A DNA stretch of 64,000 bases from Verrucomicrobiaceae bacterium (lineage in GTDB: Bacteria; Verrucomicrobiota; Verrucomicrobiia; Verrucomicrobiales; Verrucomicrobiaceae), in contig JABTUN010000003.1 in the NCBI GenBank assembly GCA_015075365.1, positions 601,060 to 665,059 on the forward strand, in the 5' to 3' direction. The position numbers and the translations under genes were made by a program. Within the stretch, counting starts at the first letter, position 1, and every line of letters begins with the position of its first letter. The notes below the pieces were generated by a model that did no database searches, was not told the origin of the DNA, and saw only the letters and a list, made by a program, of their open reading frames with translations. This document shows, in pieces, positions 37,987-47,965 of this stretch.

Positions 37987-39912
37987 TCAATCGACTGTCA
38001 TCTTCACATTCACGATCTTCCCCTCAAACTTCCCCTTCGCGGTGTAAGTGGCCACGGGCACTTTGTTGTCGTGGCCGAGGCAGAAGTCTTCTTTGGGTTG
38101 GGTGCGGATGAGGCCGGGGCTGGGGGCGGTGACGGGGGCGTTTTGATCGAGCTGGAGGGTGAGCTGGCCTTTTTTGCCGAGGGTGGCGGTGATGTGGTGG
38201 GGTTGGTTGTCGGCGGGGTAGTCGGTCTGGGCGGTGGTGAGGGTTTTGCCGTGGCGGATGGCCCAGATGAGTTTGCCGCCGCTGAGATGGAGCGCGTAGC
38301 CGGTGCTGGCACCGCCGTGGGCGATGAGGATGGCATCGCGCTGCGCGGTGGTGAGCTCGCAGGTGAGCGTGAAGGGCGTGTTGGCGATGAGCGGGGCTTT
38401 GTCGGCGGCGAGGGTGTCGCCGGTTTGGAGCTTGGAGAGGTCGGCGGGCTTGGCGGAGGCTTTGGGGGCGTCTTTGGACCTCGGGGCGTCGCTGGTGGGA
38501 TACATCGTGACGGGGTTTTCGACTTCGCCGGGCGGGCGGCGGCTTTTGGGTTCGTTGCCGCCGATCTCGGCGGTCATCTTCTCGGCGAGTGCGGTGAGTT
38601 TCGCGACGATGTCGGGATGCTGCGCGGCGAGGTTGGTGCGTTCGTCGATTTCTTGATCGAGGTTGTAGAGGCGCGGGTTCGTCTTCGCGTCGTCCTCCGT
38701 CTGGCCTTTGGCGCGGGCGTTGCCTTGGGTCATGAGCGCGAGCTTCCACGGGCCTTGGCGCACGGCCTGGAGGTTGTAGCTGGAGAAGTAGTAGTGTGCT
38801 TCGCGTGGCGAGTCTTTGCTTTGGCCAAAGAGCAGCGGGGAGAGGTCGCGACCGTCGAGCACGGGCTGCGCGGGCAGCTCGGCTCCGGCGATTTTCAGGC
38901 AGGTGGGATGCACATCGATGGTGCCGGCGACGGCATCGCACACGCTGCCGGGCGCGATCTTGCCGGGCCACCACGCGAGCGTGGGGACGCGCACGCCGCC
39001 TTCCCAGGTGGTGCCTTTGCCGCCGCGCAAGGGACCGGCGCTGCCGCCATCGGGGCCTTTGATGAGCCAGGGGCCGTTGTCGCTGGTGAAAATGACGAGC
39101 GTGTTCGTGTCGAGCTGCAGCTCGCGCAGCGTGTCGAACACGCGACCGACGCTGGCATCGACTTCCTGCACCCAGTCGCCAAAGCGTCCATTTTGCGAGC
39201 TGCCCTGGAAGGCCTTGCCGGGGTGGATGGGCGTGTGCACGGCGGTGTGCGGGAAGTAGAGGAAGAAGGGCTGCGCCGTGTTCTTGGTGCCTGGTTCTTG
39301 GTTTTTCGTTGCCTGGGTGCTGCGGATGAACTTCACGGCTTCGTCGGTGTAGATTTCCTCGATGCGTTCCTGGTCCGCCTCGTCGAGCAGTCGCTCGACT
39401 TTGTCATCGCGCACGAGCGGCACGACGCGGCGGCCGTCCACGCTCGCGGTTTTGAGCATGTCATTGGAATAAGGGATGCCGAGGTAGTGATCAAAGCCCT
39501 GCTTCGTGGGCAAAAACGCCGGCTGGTCGCCGAGGTGCCACTTGCCGATGCACTGCGTGGCGTAGCCGAGCGGCTTCAAGCGGTCGGCGATGGTGTGCTC
39601 CTGCGGATGGAGGCCGTTCTTCGCCCCCGGCGGATACACGCCCGGCACGGAAACGCGTGCGCCATAGCACCCGGTCATCATCTGCGCTCGCGATACGCTG
39701 CACACCGGCGCGGCATAGAACGACGTGAGCTTCATCCCCTCCCGCGCCATGCGGTCGAGACGCGGCGTCTTCTGCTTCACCGCACCGAACGGCCCGATGT
39801 CGCCGTAGCCGAGGTCGTCGATGAAGTGGATGATGATGTTCGGCTGCGAAGCAGCCGAAGCGAATGACGAAACCAGAATGGCGAATGAGGAAAGGAGGGC
39901 GAGGAGGCGCAT
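37987..39912 (-). CDS. Arylsulfatase family sulfatase with C-terminal LamG-like domain
   Basis: QPNIIIHFIDDLGYGD, CSVSRAQMMTG, GKWHLG, FTSDNGPW, RGGKGTTWEGGVRVP. Start trimmed from 40098. Confidence 0.92.
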   Translation of the reverse strand: MRLLALLSSFAILVSSFASAASQPNIIIHFIDDLGYGDIGPFGAVKQKTPRLDRMAREGMKLTSFYAAPVCSVSRAQMMTGCYGARVSVPGVYPPGAKNGLHPQEHTIADRLKPLGYATQCIGKWHLGDQPAFLPTKQGFDHYLGIPYSNDMLKTASVDGRRVVPLVRDDKVERLLDEADQERIEEIYTDEAVKFIRSTQATKNQEPGTKNTAQPFFLYFPHTAVHTPIHPGKAFQGSSQNGRFGDWVQEVDASVGRVFDTLRELQLDTNTLVIFTSDNGPWLIKGPDGGSAGPLRGGKGTTWEGGVRVPTLAWWPGKIAPGSVCDAVAGTIDVHPTCLKIAGAELPAQPVLDGRDLSPLLFGQSKDSPREAHYYFSSYNLQAVRQGPWKLALMTQGNARAKGQTEDDAKTNPRLYNLDQEIDERTNLAAQHPDIVAKLTALAEKMTAEIGGNEPKSRRPPGEVENPVTMYPTSDAPRSKDAPKASAKPADLSKLQTGDTLAADKAPLIANTPFTLTCELTTAQRDAILIAHGGASTGYALHLSGGKLIWAIRHGKTLTTAQTDYPADNQPHHITATLGKKGQLTLQLDQNAPVTAPSPGLIRTQPKEDFCLGHDNKVPVATYTAKGKFEGKIVNVKMTVD

Positions 39913-39938
39913 GGCGTCGGTGAACGACGGGCGCGGTC

Positions 39939-40325
39939 TCAAACCTTCAAGCCGAGCGAAAGCCGGACTTCTTCGCGAATCGCCTTCGCATCGGTGAGGG
40001 CACGGCGGGCCTGGGCTTTGCTGGCGTCGTTGCCCGGATAGCGAATGAGCACACCGAAGGGCTTCAAGCGTCTCGCAGCCGGTAAGAGCGCCGACCACAG
40101 CGGCTCGACCGTCAAGGCGAGCGCGAGAATAGCCTCTAGGTCGTGCGTTTTCGGAAAGTGAATGCCAGCTTCCTCAAGACGGGCTTTCAGATACTTCTCG
40201 GCCGATTGCTGGCAGTGAAAACACACCATGTCATGCAGCGGCAGCTTTCGCCGCCGCGCGAGGTCCACCGCGGCGAGATGATCGGCCTCCGCCTTCTCGA
40301 TCCAGTCACGCGTGGCGGCTTTCAT
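39939..40325 (-). CDS. HEPN domain protein (MNT-HEPN toxin-antitoxin pair)
   Basis: CFHCQQSAEKYLKA..KTHDL..IRYPG. Overlaps the nucleotidyltransferase gene by 20 nt. Confidence 0.88.
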   Translation of the reverse strand: MKAATRDWIEKAEADHLAAVDLARRRKLPLHDMVCFHCQQSAEKYLKARLEEAGIHFPKTHDLEAILALALTVEPLWSALLPAARRLKPFGVLIRYPGNDASKAQARRALTDAKAIREEVRLSLGLKV

Positions 40326-40629
40326 ACATCACGCGGCCTTTGGTGGTGATCTCTTCGAGGAAGGTGTCGCCCTCATTCAGACGCTCACGGAGGAAATCTG
40401 GATCACGCACGATCACATCCACCGGAAAGCCCGCGGAGACCTTCTCATGAATCTTCTGCGTCGCATTCATCCAGAGCCGACGGGCCTTCTTCATCACCAC
40501 CAGCACATCCACATCCGAATCCGGCGTCGGCTTCCCGTAGGCGTAGGAGCCGAACAGCACGATCCGCTGCGGCTTGAAAGCCTCAGCGATCTTGTCGCAG
40601 TAGCGCTGGATGTCCGGCAGGGTCGGCAT
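40306..40629 (-). CDS. Minimal nucleotidyltransferase (MNT) antitoxin
   Basis: IVLFGSYAYGKPTPDSDVDVLV (GS-x10-DxD). Confidence 0.9.
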   Translation of the reverse strand: MPTLPDIQRYCDKIAEAFKPQRIVLFGSYAYGKPTPDSDVDVLVVMKKARRLWMNATQKIHEKVSAGFPVDVIVRDPDFLRERLNEGDTFLEEITTKGRVMYESRHA

Positions 40630-40742
40630 GACGGGAGTAAAACGGGGAGCGCCTCTTCCGCAAGGCTGCAATCACGTCATGAGGTCGAGGGGCGGTGCCT
40701 TCTGTTTTACCGCGCCGAAGGAGTCGATGTGCCGCAGTATGC

Positions 40743-41450
40743 TTATTGGCCGTATTGAGGCTCCACCGTTCGTTTGATGAGATGTCCGTCTTTCCAAATC
40801 TCAGTCACCGCAGCTACGATGAAGGAATCGTCTTTGAGTTCTTTGAACTCGGGAAGTGACGACTTCATTCGGATCGACTCCACACGGACCTTGTTGAAAC
40901 GCCCGTTTTTGACCTCGTAGTAGGTCGCGTGGTATTCGGGGCCTGAACGACCGGTGGCTGCTATTTCACCATCCGAGATGTGAGTGTTCAAACCCAGGTC
41001 CTCAGGCTCTTGCCAAGGCACAAACTTGTTTCCCTCGCATCGAAAGTAGGAATACCACGAGCCTCCTGTGCCCCAAGAGCAGATAACTCGAAAATCGAGA
41101 TCGCCGTCGCAATCGTAGTCCTCGATGTGGATGTGAGGCACACCATAGTCAGTGGGAGAAAACGCCAAATCACTGACGGTGCCGTCCGAGGCAGTCACTG
41201 TGACGCGATTAATCGGAGCGTAAGGTTCATCGTTGGCTATCTTCACTCCTGCCTCGCTGCTTGTGTGAAGTCTGACATCGACCTTATCGCCCTTCTTTTT
41301 GGGATTGAAGCTGAACTTATAGACCGAACCGGGCTTCAATACCGTGGGGTTTTCGACATCGAATACCAGCTCTTCCGCGTGGCTGAACGTTGCCGCGAAA
41401 ACAGCAAGCAGGCACCAACTACGTGAGGCGAAAAATAGGTTCATCTTCAT
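40743..41450 (-). CDS. Hypothetical secreted protein (XAC2610-like DYDCDG motif)
   Basis: Signal peptide and IEDYDCDGDLDF..SWGTGGSWY. AT-richer than its flanks. Confidence 0.6.
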   Translation of the reverse strand: MKMNLFFASRSWCLLAVFAATFSHAEELVFDVENPTVLKPGSVYKFSFNPKKKGDKVDVRLHTSSEAGVKIANDEPYAPINRVTVTASDGTVSDLAFSPTDYGVPHIHIEDYDCDGDLDFRVICSWGTGGSWYSYFRCEGNKFVPWQEPEDLGLNTHISDGEIAATGRSGPEYHATYYEVKNGRFNKVRVESIRMKSSLPEFKELKDDSFIVAAVTEIWKDGHLIKRTVEPQYGQ

Positions 41451-41501
41451 GAGATGCCTCCATTTTATCAGTCAGTGGTGACTAAAGCTCGATAAAGTTA
41501 A

Positions 41502-42290
41502 TCACTTCTTCACCGGCACCACCGGCCCCGTGCCCTGCGGCCGACTCGTGCGCGGTTTTTCGATCTTCGTCGCGGTGGCGGGCAGTTTGGCGGGCTCGAA
41601 GGGGACGAGCGGCACTTCGGGCAGGACTTTGAGGCGGAGGTCTTTGATCTCGACGCGGTTGGGGTTGCCTTTGTGAAGCTGGATGGCGAGCAGGCCCTCC
41701 AGCGTGCGTTTGTCCGCGTGGTGGTCGATGAGCTCGGAGGTGGGCTGGCCGTTGATGAAGTGCTGGAGGCGGTTCCCCTGCGCGAGGATGACATACTCGT
41801 TCCACTGGCTCACATCGACCTTCACCGGCGCGTGCTCGCCGACCTGCCACAGCGCGCCCTCGGGGTCGAGCATCACATCCTTGCCGTTCAGGCCGAAGAT
41901 GCCGCGTCCGCGCTCCTCATACGTCATGCCCGTGTGCTCGATGGCCGGATGGATGTCGCACTGGTAGCCGGTGATCACCCACGGCGCGACGTCCTTCAGC
42001 TCGCGGCTGCGATACTGGATGCCGCTGTTGTTGTCGCCGATGACGCGGATGGTGGCACGCAGTTCGAAGTTCTTCACCGTGCCGCCGCGCCAGATGAGGA
42101 AGCTGTTGTTCGCTATCGCCTCCGGCGACGCATTCGTGCCGATGACGATGCCGTTTTCGATCTTCCAGAGCTTCGGGTCGCCGTCCCAGCCGGTGAGATT
42201 GTGACCATTAAACAGCGATTGGAAGCCGTCTTGAGCCAATGACGAATGCAGAATGGCGAATGACGAAAGGAGGAGAAGGAGCGGGCGCAT
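41502..42290 (-). CDS. DUF1080 (3-keto-disaccharide hydrolase-like) protein
   Basis: SLFNGHNLTGWDG, NSGIQYRS, GYQCDI, WNEY, GLLAIQLH. Confidence 0.9.
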   Translation of the reverse strand: MRPLLLLLSSFAILHSSLAQDGFQSLFNGHNLTGWDGDPKLWKIENGIVIGTNASPEAIANNSFLIWRGGTVKNFELRATIRVIGDNNSGIQYRSRELKDVAPWVITGYQCDIHPAIEHTGMTYEERGRGIFGLNGKDVMLDPEGALWQVGEHAPVKVDVSQWNEYVILAQGNRLQHFINGQPTSELIDHHADKRTLEGLLAIQLHKGNPNRVEIKDLRLKVLPEVPLVPFEPAKLPATATKIEKPRTSRPQGTGPVVPVKK

Positions 42291-42390
42291 GGAGTGGTGG
42301 AGGAATGGAGTGATGCGTGATGAATGATGCTTGAGTCTGGAAACGGTGATCGTGGATGCTTCACGCATCACTCGTCACGCATCATCCTCT

Positions 42391-43290
42391 TCAAGGCGTC
42401 GGCACGAGCTTTTCGCCGCTTGCGGGCATCGTTTTGGTCGGTTCGCCGGTGAGGAAGCCGTGTTTCACGAGGAATTGGTCCGCGGCGATGAGCGTGACGG
42501 TTTGCCAGGGGCCGCTGTTGAAGAAACTGTGCGACTGGCCGGGCGCGATCTGGAGATCGATGGTTTTCGTGCCGAGGGACTTCCATTTCGCGTGGGCGGT
42601 GTCCCAGCCTTTCTTCCACGAATCCATGTCGCCGAAAAAGGCGATCGCGGGCGGCAGATCAGCCTTCAAATGCGTGAGGATGTCGATTTCGGGATCCTTG
42701 TGGTCATCGGTGGCGAAGGCGGGATTGAACCACACATAGGCGACGACGCGGGTGTCGATGTCTTTCGGGTCCGCGGGGTCGTTCAGGCCCGGATTCATCG
42801 TGGCGAGCGCGCTGATATGTCCGCCAGCCGATCCGCCACCGGTGATGATGCGTTGCGGATCAATGCCGAGCTCGCCCGCGTGCTGCTTGAACCAACGAAT
42901 AGCGCTTTTCGCGTCGGTCACGCACACGCGCTTCTTCGTTTCGCCTGCGGGCAGCTTCGCGGCATCAGCCTTGCTGAGCATCTGATACTCCGAGGTGGCG
43001 CAAACGAGCCCGCGACTTGCAAAGTAAGCGCAGGCGATGCGAAACTGGCCCAGCGAGCCACCGCCCCACCCACCGCCGTGAAAAAGGATCATGCCGGGCA
43101 CTTTGCTTTTGGCGGGATCGTGATTCGGCGGGAAGTAAATCTCCATCTGGCGCGGTTTTCCGGCGCTCTCCTTGTAGATGTAAATTTTGCCAGGTGGGGC
43201 ATCGGCACCGAGGCCGCCTTTCTTCTTCGCAGCGGTTTGGGCGAGCGCTGGAGCGGCTAGAAGCAGAAAGACAAGAAGGTGGCGGTTCAT
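42391..43290 (-). CDS. Alpha/beta hydrolase (esterase/lipase)
   Basis: FHGGGW and GGSAGGH nucleophile elbow, with C-terminal HSFF. Confidence 0.9.
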   Translation of the reverse strand: MNRHLLVFLLLAAPALAQTAAKKKGGLGADAPPGKIYIYKESAGKPRQMEIYFPPNHDPAKSKVPGMILFHGGGWGGGSLGQFRIACAYFASRGLVCATSEYQMLSKADAAKLPAGETKKRVCVTDAKSAIRWFKQHAGELGIDPQRIITGGGSAGGHISALATMNPGLNDPADPKDIDTRVVAYVWFNPAFATDDHKDPEIDILTHLKADLPPAIAFFGDMDSWKKGWDTAHAKWKSLGTKTIDLQIAPGQSHSFFNSGPWQTVTLIAADQFLVKHGFLTGEPTKTMPASGEKLVPTP

Positions 43291-43304
43291 AGGATGGATA
43301 TGGT

Positions 43305-44135
43305 TTACTTCAAAGCGGCCTCGATGGCCTTGGCGACGGTTTCACCGAGAAAGTCATAGCCTTGGGCGTTGAAGTGGACGTCGTCGGGATTCTGCATCGT
43401 GGCAAGGTGCGGCGTGATGGCGGTGAAAAGGTCGTTCATCGGGATGCTGTGCTTCTTCATCACTTCCGCAGCAGCGGTGTTGCGTTCCACGATGGGAGAG
43501 GACTTGTATTTGCCATCTCTCGTGTCCGGGCAGGGCGTGCTGCTAGCCCACACGAGCTTCGCGCCGGTCTGCTTCATCCGCTCAATGAGCTGCTCCAACC
43601 GCTGCTGATAGTCGGCGATGGGCGTATTGCGGTCGTGGATGCCAAAATTGAATTGGATGAGGTCCCATTTGCCGTCGCCGAGCCACACCTCGATGTTTTT
43701 GAGTCCGCTCGCCGTCGGACCGCAGTTGGCCGGAGCACGATGCACGTTCACCTTGCCCGCGAGCGCCTTGCGCACGGCCTGCGTGTAACCGCGTGAGACC
43801 GAATCGCCGATCAGCAGCACGCGTGGCAGCTTCGGATCATCCTGCACGAAATCCCACGCGCTGGAGCGTCCGGCGATCTTCTCGCGCTTGTGGATTGGCA
43901 GGTAAAATCCGCCGAGCTGGTCCTGCAGCACCCGTTCCCAAGCCTGCTGATCCGGGGGCAGTTTTGCGACGAGAGCTTGATAGCGCTCTTCGATCACGGC
44001 GTCGGCCTTGGCCTTCTGCGCAGCGGCCTCGGCGGCGTTGGTGGGCTCGCCTTTGGGCGGATTCGCCGATGTCTGGGCAAAAGAAAAAGAAGGGAGGACG
44101 GAGATCAAAATAACAGATCTGAAAAAACGGAACAT
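43305..44135 (-). CDS. SGNH/GDSL hydrolase
   Basis: LLIGDSVS, NFGIHD, DDVHF. Confidence 0.9.
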   Translation of the reverse strand: MFRFFRSVILISVLPSFSFAQTSANPPKGEPTNAAEAAAQKAKADAVIEERYQALVAKLPPDQQAWERVLQDQLGGFYLPIHKREKIAGRSSAWDFVQDDPKLPRVLLIGDSVSRGYTQAVRKALAGKVNVHRAPANCGPTASGLKNIEVWLGDGKWDLIQFNFGIHDRNTPIADYQQRLEQLIERMKQTGAKLVWASSTPCPDTRDGKYKSSPIVERNTAAAEVMKKHSIPMNDLFTAITPHLATMQNPDDVHFNAQGYDFLGETVAKAIEAALK

Positions 44136-44169
44136 GGGACGCTCTAAACGCCCGCCAACGCCCCCATCT

Positions 44170-45282
44170 TCACGCCACGGTCTCCGGCATCAGCGACTGC
44201 CATTCCTCCATATGCGCCTCCCAGGTAAGGAGCCGCGCTGTCTCGCAGGCCCGACGGCCCATTTCCACACGCGCCTGCCCGTCCATATCCATCGCCTCCT
44301 GGATGCGCGCCGCCAGTTCGTCCGGCTGCTGCGGATGAAAAAGCATGAGGCCGTTCTCGCCGTTCCTGATCAGGTCCACCGCGCCGTCCATCACGGAAAT
44401 GACGCCGGGAAGACCACAGGCCATGCTTTGCAGAACGGTGTTGGAAAACGCGTCGTATTGCGTGGGATGCACAAACCAGTCGGCCGCCTGATAAAGCTCC
44501 ACGAGCTGGTTGGTCACGGGAATGTTGCGAATTTTGGACCCGATTCCGAGGCGTGCGATCAGCCGGAGATGATCCGGGCCCAGCCCGCGACCCACCACCC
44601 ACAGCGTGGCGTCCAGGCCGCGCATGGCCTCCAGCAGCGGCTCCAGACCACGACGGCGATGGCTGGGCGACACAAACAGCAGCACCGGACGCGAGGTGTC
44701 GGTCTGGAGCTTGCGGCAGATCAGTTCCCGCACCGCCGCACGGTTCTCCGCCGGCTTGAACAAATGTGTCTCCACCGGCGGCGGCAGCATGCGAAAACGC
44801 TCCGGCGGCGTGTGATAGATGCCCTGAATCTGGGCGGCCACACGCGCGGAACTGGTGACGAACGCCCTCGTCTCCGCGCCGGTATAGAGGCGTTTTTCCA
44901 GGTGCAGTTCCAGCAAGTGTCGCACGCTGTAGCGCTGCCACAGAGGCAGCAGGCGTCCGTAGAGCCGGTGGCAGCCCGTGCCGTTGCGATGGATGTCCTG
45001 CACGGTGGTGCGGCCAAACCCAATGCTCCAATCCACCCCTGCCTCGCGCGCGGCGCGCGGGGCCAGCCGGTTGAAGTGCCACATGCGTGCCACGCCGCTG
45101 CCACGCACACGCGGGAGCAGCTCCCACCGGCCCGGCAGCGTGGCGCCTAGCTCCGGTGTGGTGAGCGTGGTGATGTAAACTGGCTCATGGCCCAGCGCTG
45201 CGAGTCGTTTGGCGAACTCGATCAAAAACGTCTCCACCCCTGTGCCGCGGATGATCTGGTGATGGATGAGGCCGATCTTCAT
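44170..45282 (-). CDS. Glycosyltransferase family 4 (WaaG/RfaG-like)
   Basis: GT-B features: RRRGLEPLL, PTQYDAFSNTVLQSMACGLP. Confidence 0.85.
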   Translation of the reverse strand: MKIGLIHHQIIRGTGVETFLIEFAKRLAALGHEPVYITTLTTPELGATLPGRWELLPRVRGSGVARMWHFNRLAPRAAREAGVDWSIGFGRTTVQDIHRNGTGCHRLYGRLLPLWQRYSVRHLLELHLEKRLYTGAETRAFVTSSARVAAQIQGIYHTPPERFRMLPPPVETHLFKPAENRAAVRELICRKLQTDTSRPVLLFVSPSHRRRGLEPLLEAMRGLDATLWVVGRGLGPDHLRLIARLGIGSKIRNIPVTNQLVELYQAADWFVHPTQYDAFSNTVLQSMACGLPGVISVMDGAVDLIRNGENGLMLFHPQQPDELAARIQEAMDMDGQARVEMGRRACETARLLTWEAHMEEWQSLMPETVA

Positions 45283-46073
45283 GCGGCCTTTCCTCGCGGC
45301 TCAGGGTCCAGTCCGGCCTCAAACACGCGCGCGTAGCGGTCAAAGGTAAAAAAGGCCGTCGCCACCGCGATCCACAGGCCGGGGAAACCATCCAGAAAAC
45401 CACGCCGGAGCACATAGGCACGGAAAAAACGCCACACCGGCCGGAACAGCGTGTGCAACAGCGAAAAGCGCGCCCCCCTGCCCTGCTGCGCCTGCAAAAA
45501 CACGCCGGAATATTCCACATGCTTCACGAGGTAGTGACGGATGCTCTGAAAAGAGTAATGCAGCAAATCGCCATCGAGCACGGCCACCGCGCCGTCCGCC
45601 ACGAGGCGCTCATGCACCTGCCCGCCGCCCTCCGCCTCCCAGCGGCCCTTGTCACGACGGACCAGGCGCGTTTTGCGATCCGGATACCAGTCTCCGTGGC
45701 GGATCCAGCGCCCGAGAAACCAGGTGCGCCGGGCCATCTGCGCCCCCGCGAAACGCTCCGCGTCCCCGGACTCGAAAAACTGCCGGATCGAAGCCGCCAG
45801 TTCCGTGGACACCACCTCGTCACAGTCCAGGTTCAGCACCCACGGTTGAGCGCAGAGGGACAGACAGTGGTTTTTCTGCGCCGTGAAGCCCGGCCAGTCG
45901 TGGTGGACAAACCGCGCGCCGAACTCCGCTGCGATCCTTCCCGTGCCGTCCGTAGAACCGGAGTCCACGATGACGATTTCCGCCGCCAGTTCTCCCACGG
46001 CAGCCAGGCAGCGGCGCAGATTCGCCTCCTCGTTAAAGGAAATGATGGAAATGGACAGCGGAAGCCTGGACAT
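45279..46073 (-). CDS. Glycosyltransferase family 2 (WaaE/KdtX-like)
   Basis: IISFNEEANLRRCL, VDSGSTDGT, LDCDE, WYPD, VHE, LLHYSF. Confidence 0.88.
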   Translation of the reverse strand: MSRLPLSISIISFNEEANLRRCLAAVGELAAEIVIVDSGSTDGTGRIAAEFGARFVHHDWPGFTAQKNHCLSLCAQPWVLNLDCDEVVSTELAASIRQFFESGDAERFAGAQMARRTWFLGRWIRHGDWYPDRKTRLVRRDKGRWEAEGGGQVHERLVADGAVAVLDGDLLHYSFQSIRHYLVKHVEYSGVFLQAQQGRGARFSLLHTLFRPVWRFFRAYVLRRGFLDGFPGLWIAVATAFFTFDRYARVFEAGLDPEPRGKAA

Positions 46074-46238
46074 GCGGGGCGAAATGCGAGCTGGGCGGGC
46101 AATGCCGGGCATTCTGCCGTTGTCGCGGCCCGTGCCAAGCCAGAATCCCGCCGCTAGACGCGAAACTTACGGTTTCACGAAAAATAAACAACGCACTGAT
46201 TGACACCCAAACGGCGGGAAGCCTATATTTCCAGTCTC

Positions 46239-46766
46239 ATGCTCAGGCAAATCATCGGACAATCAGAAGCGCAGAAGGACGACAGACGTGTCGAGGCTGC
46301 CCCCGCTCCGGCTCCCGCCGAACGCGCCCCCATCCTCTCCTCCGCCCCCTCTCCCGCTGCACAACCCCAACGCGCTCACTCCGCACCCATCATGTCATCC
46401 AGCAAAAATGTTCTCTCCAACGACGTCGAGATCAAAGGCTCGATCAAATTTTCCCACGACCTCATCATCGACGGCAAGATCGAGGGTGAAGTGATCTCCG
46501 ACGGCAGCCTCACCGTGGGTGAGAACGCGCTCATCAAGGGCGAGGTCAAAACGCGCAGCGTCATCATTTTCGGCAAAGTCGAGGGCAACATCACCGTGCA
46601 GGAGCGCTGCGAACTGAAGAGCAACGCCATCCTCGTCGGTGACATCGCCGCCGGCACGCTTGCCATCGAAGAAGGAGCCACCTTCATGGGCCAGTCCCAG
46701 GTCGGCAAAAAGCCCGACTCCAAACCCGCCGGTCTCGGCGGTCTTGGGCCCAAGCCTCAACCCTAA
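46239..46766 (+). CDS. Bactofilin (polymer-forming cytoskeletal protein)
   Basis: IKGSIKF..LIIDGKIEGEV..LTVGENALIKGEV..IAAGTLAIEEGATFMG beta-helix. The start could be 46391. Confidence 0.92.
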   Translation: MLRQIIGQSEAQKDDRRVEAAPAPAPAERAPILSSAPSPAAQPQRAHSAPIMSSSKNVLSNDVEIKGSIKFSHDLIIDGKIEGEVISDGSLTVGENALIKGEVKTRSVIIFGKVEGNITVQERCELKSNAILVGDIAAGTLAIEEGATFMGQSQVGKKPDSKPAGLGGLGPKPQP

Positions 46767-46781
46767 ACCTTTCCAATCCGG

Positions 46782-47945
46782 GTGTTCGGACGGCTCTTTG
46801 CCAAACAGTCCAGCATTCTTCCACCACCTCCGAAAAACCAAATCGAAGTGGTGTGTCCTTCTTGTGGCGCGGCTCAATACGAGCCGCGCCTCGTTGTTTC
46901 TACCTTTTGCAAGAAATGCGGCGTGCATCTGACAATTCAGAAACGTCGCGTCACAGCCTCCAGCGTCACCCGCTCCGGCGTCGGCGGGGAGGACTGGACC
47001 CAGGACAGCCAGCCAGCAGCCGCTGAACCTGCCAAGCCCGCTGCACCACCACCCGCACCCGAACCCAAGGAGGAGCCGGAGCAACTCTCCCTCCTGCCGG
47101 AGACCGTCAGCACCGAAGATCGTGAACCATCCCTGTCCGCGGCAGACGGTTTCGGGGCCTTTCTCCGCCAGCAGGCGGGCACTGCCACACCAGAGCCCGC
47201 TCAGAAGCCTGCCCCCAGGCAAACTCGGACAGCACTGCCTTCCCAACCTGCTGAAGCCGCGCCACCTCCTGAGGGTGAGACACCGGAGGAGTCCTCCACG
47301 GCCACCATGCGCCGGCCCATGTCGAATTCCCCGCCCCCGACACCCGCGCCCGCGCCCATGAATGCCAGCGCGATCCAGAAGATGCGCGACCAGGGCATGT
47401 ACCGGAACCAGTACTTCAAGGATGCCGAGTGCTTCGACTGCGGGCATAAGTTCAAGACCGGCCGCTCCGCCCGCTCCGCCAACTGCCCCTCCTGCGGAGC
47501 CTACATCTCGCTCGAAGACGTCGAGGTGAACATGAACTCCAACCAGGCGGTCAAGACGCGTGGTGATGTCATCATCCGCAAGCGCGGCCACCTCTCCACC
47601 TCCAGCGTCCAGTGCCGTGACCTGCGCTGCCAGGGCATCATCGAGGCCAATGTGCAATGCTCTGGTGATGCCATCTTCAAAGCCTCCGGCCTCATGATCG
47701 GGGAGATCCGCTGCCGGCGTTTTGTTGTCGAAAAAGGCTCCGACATCACACTCAAGAACCCCGTGCGCGCTGAGGAGGTGGAGATCCACGCACGTGTCAC
47801 GGGCACCATCTTCTGCACCGGTCCCGTGCTCATCGGCACCAACGGTTCCGTCAATGGCGACGTCACCGCCCGCTCTGTCTCCATCGAACCAGGTGGTGAG
47901 CTCAACGGCGCGATGAACATCGTGCGCAGCAGGCCCGCGACCTAG
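46782..47945 (+). CDS. Bactofilin-domain protein with two Zn-ribbons and a proline-rich linker
   Basis: CPSC..CKKC and CFDC..CPSC pairs. C-terminal beta-helix VNGDVTARSVSIEPGGELNG. Confidence 0.85.
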   Translation: MFGRLFAKQSSILPPPPKNQIEVVCPSCGAAQYEPRLVVSTFCKKCGVHLTIQKRRVTASSVTRSGVGGEDWTQDSQPAAAEPAKPAAPPPAPEPKEEPEQLSLLPETVSTEDREPSLSAADGFGAFLRQQAGTATPEPAQKPAPRQTRTALPSQPAEAAPPPEGETPEESSTATMRRPMSNSPPPTPAPAPMNASAIQKMRDQGMYRNQYFKDAECFDCGHKFKTGRSARSANCPSCGAYISLEDVEVNMNSNQAVKTRGDVIIRKRGHLSTSSVQCRDLRCQGIIEANVQCSGDAIFKASGLMIGEIRCRRFVVEKGSDITLKNPVRAEEVEIHARVTGTIFCTGPVLIGTNGSVNGDVTARSVSIEPGGELNGAMNIVRSRPAT

Positions 47946-47965
47946 CGCTGTTTCTGTCCTGAATC

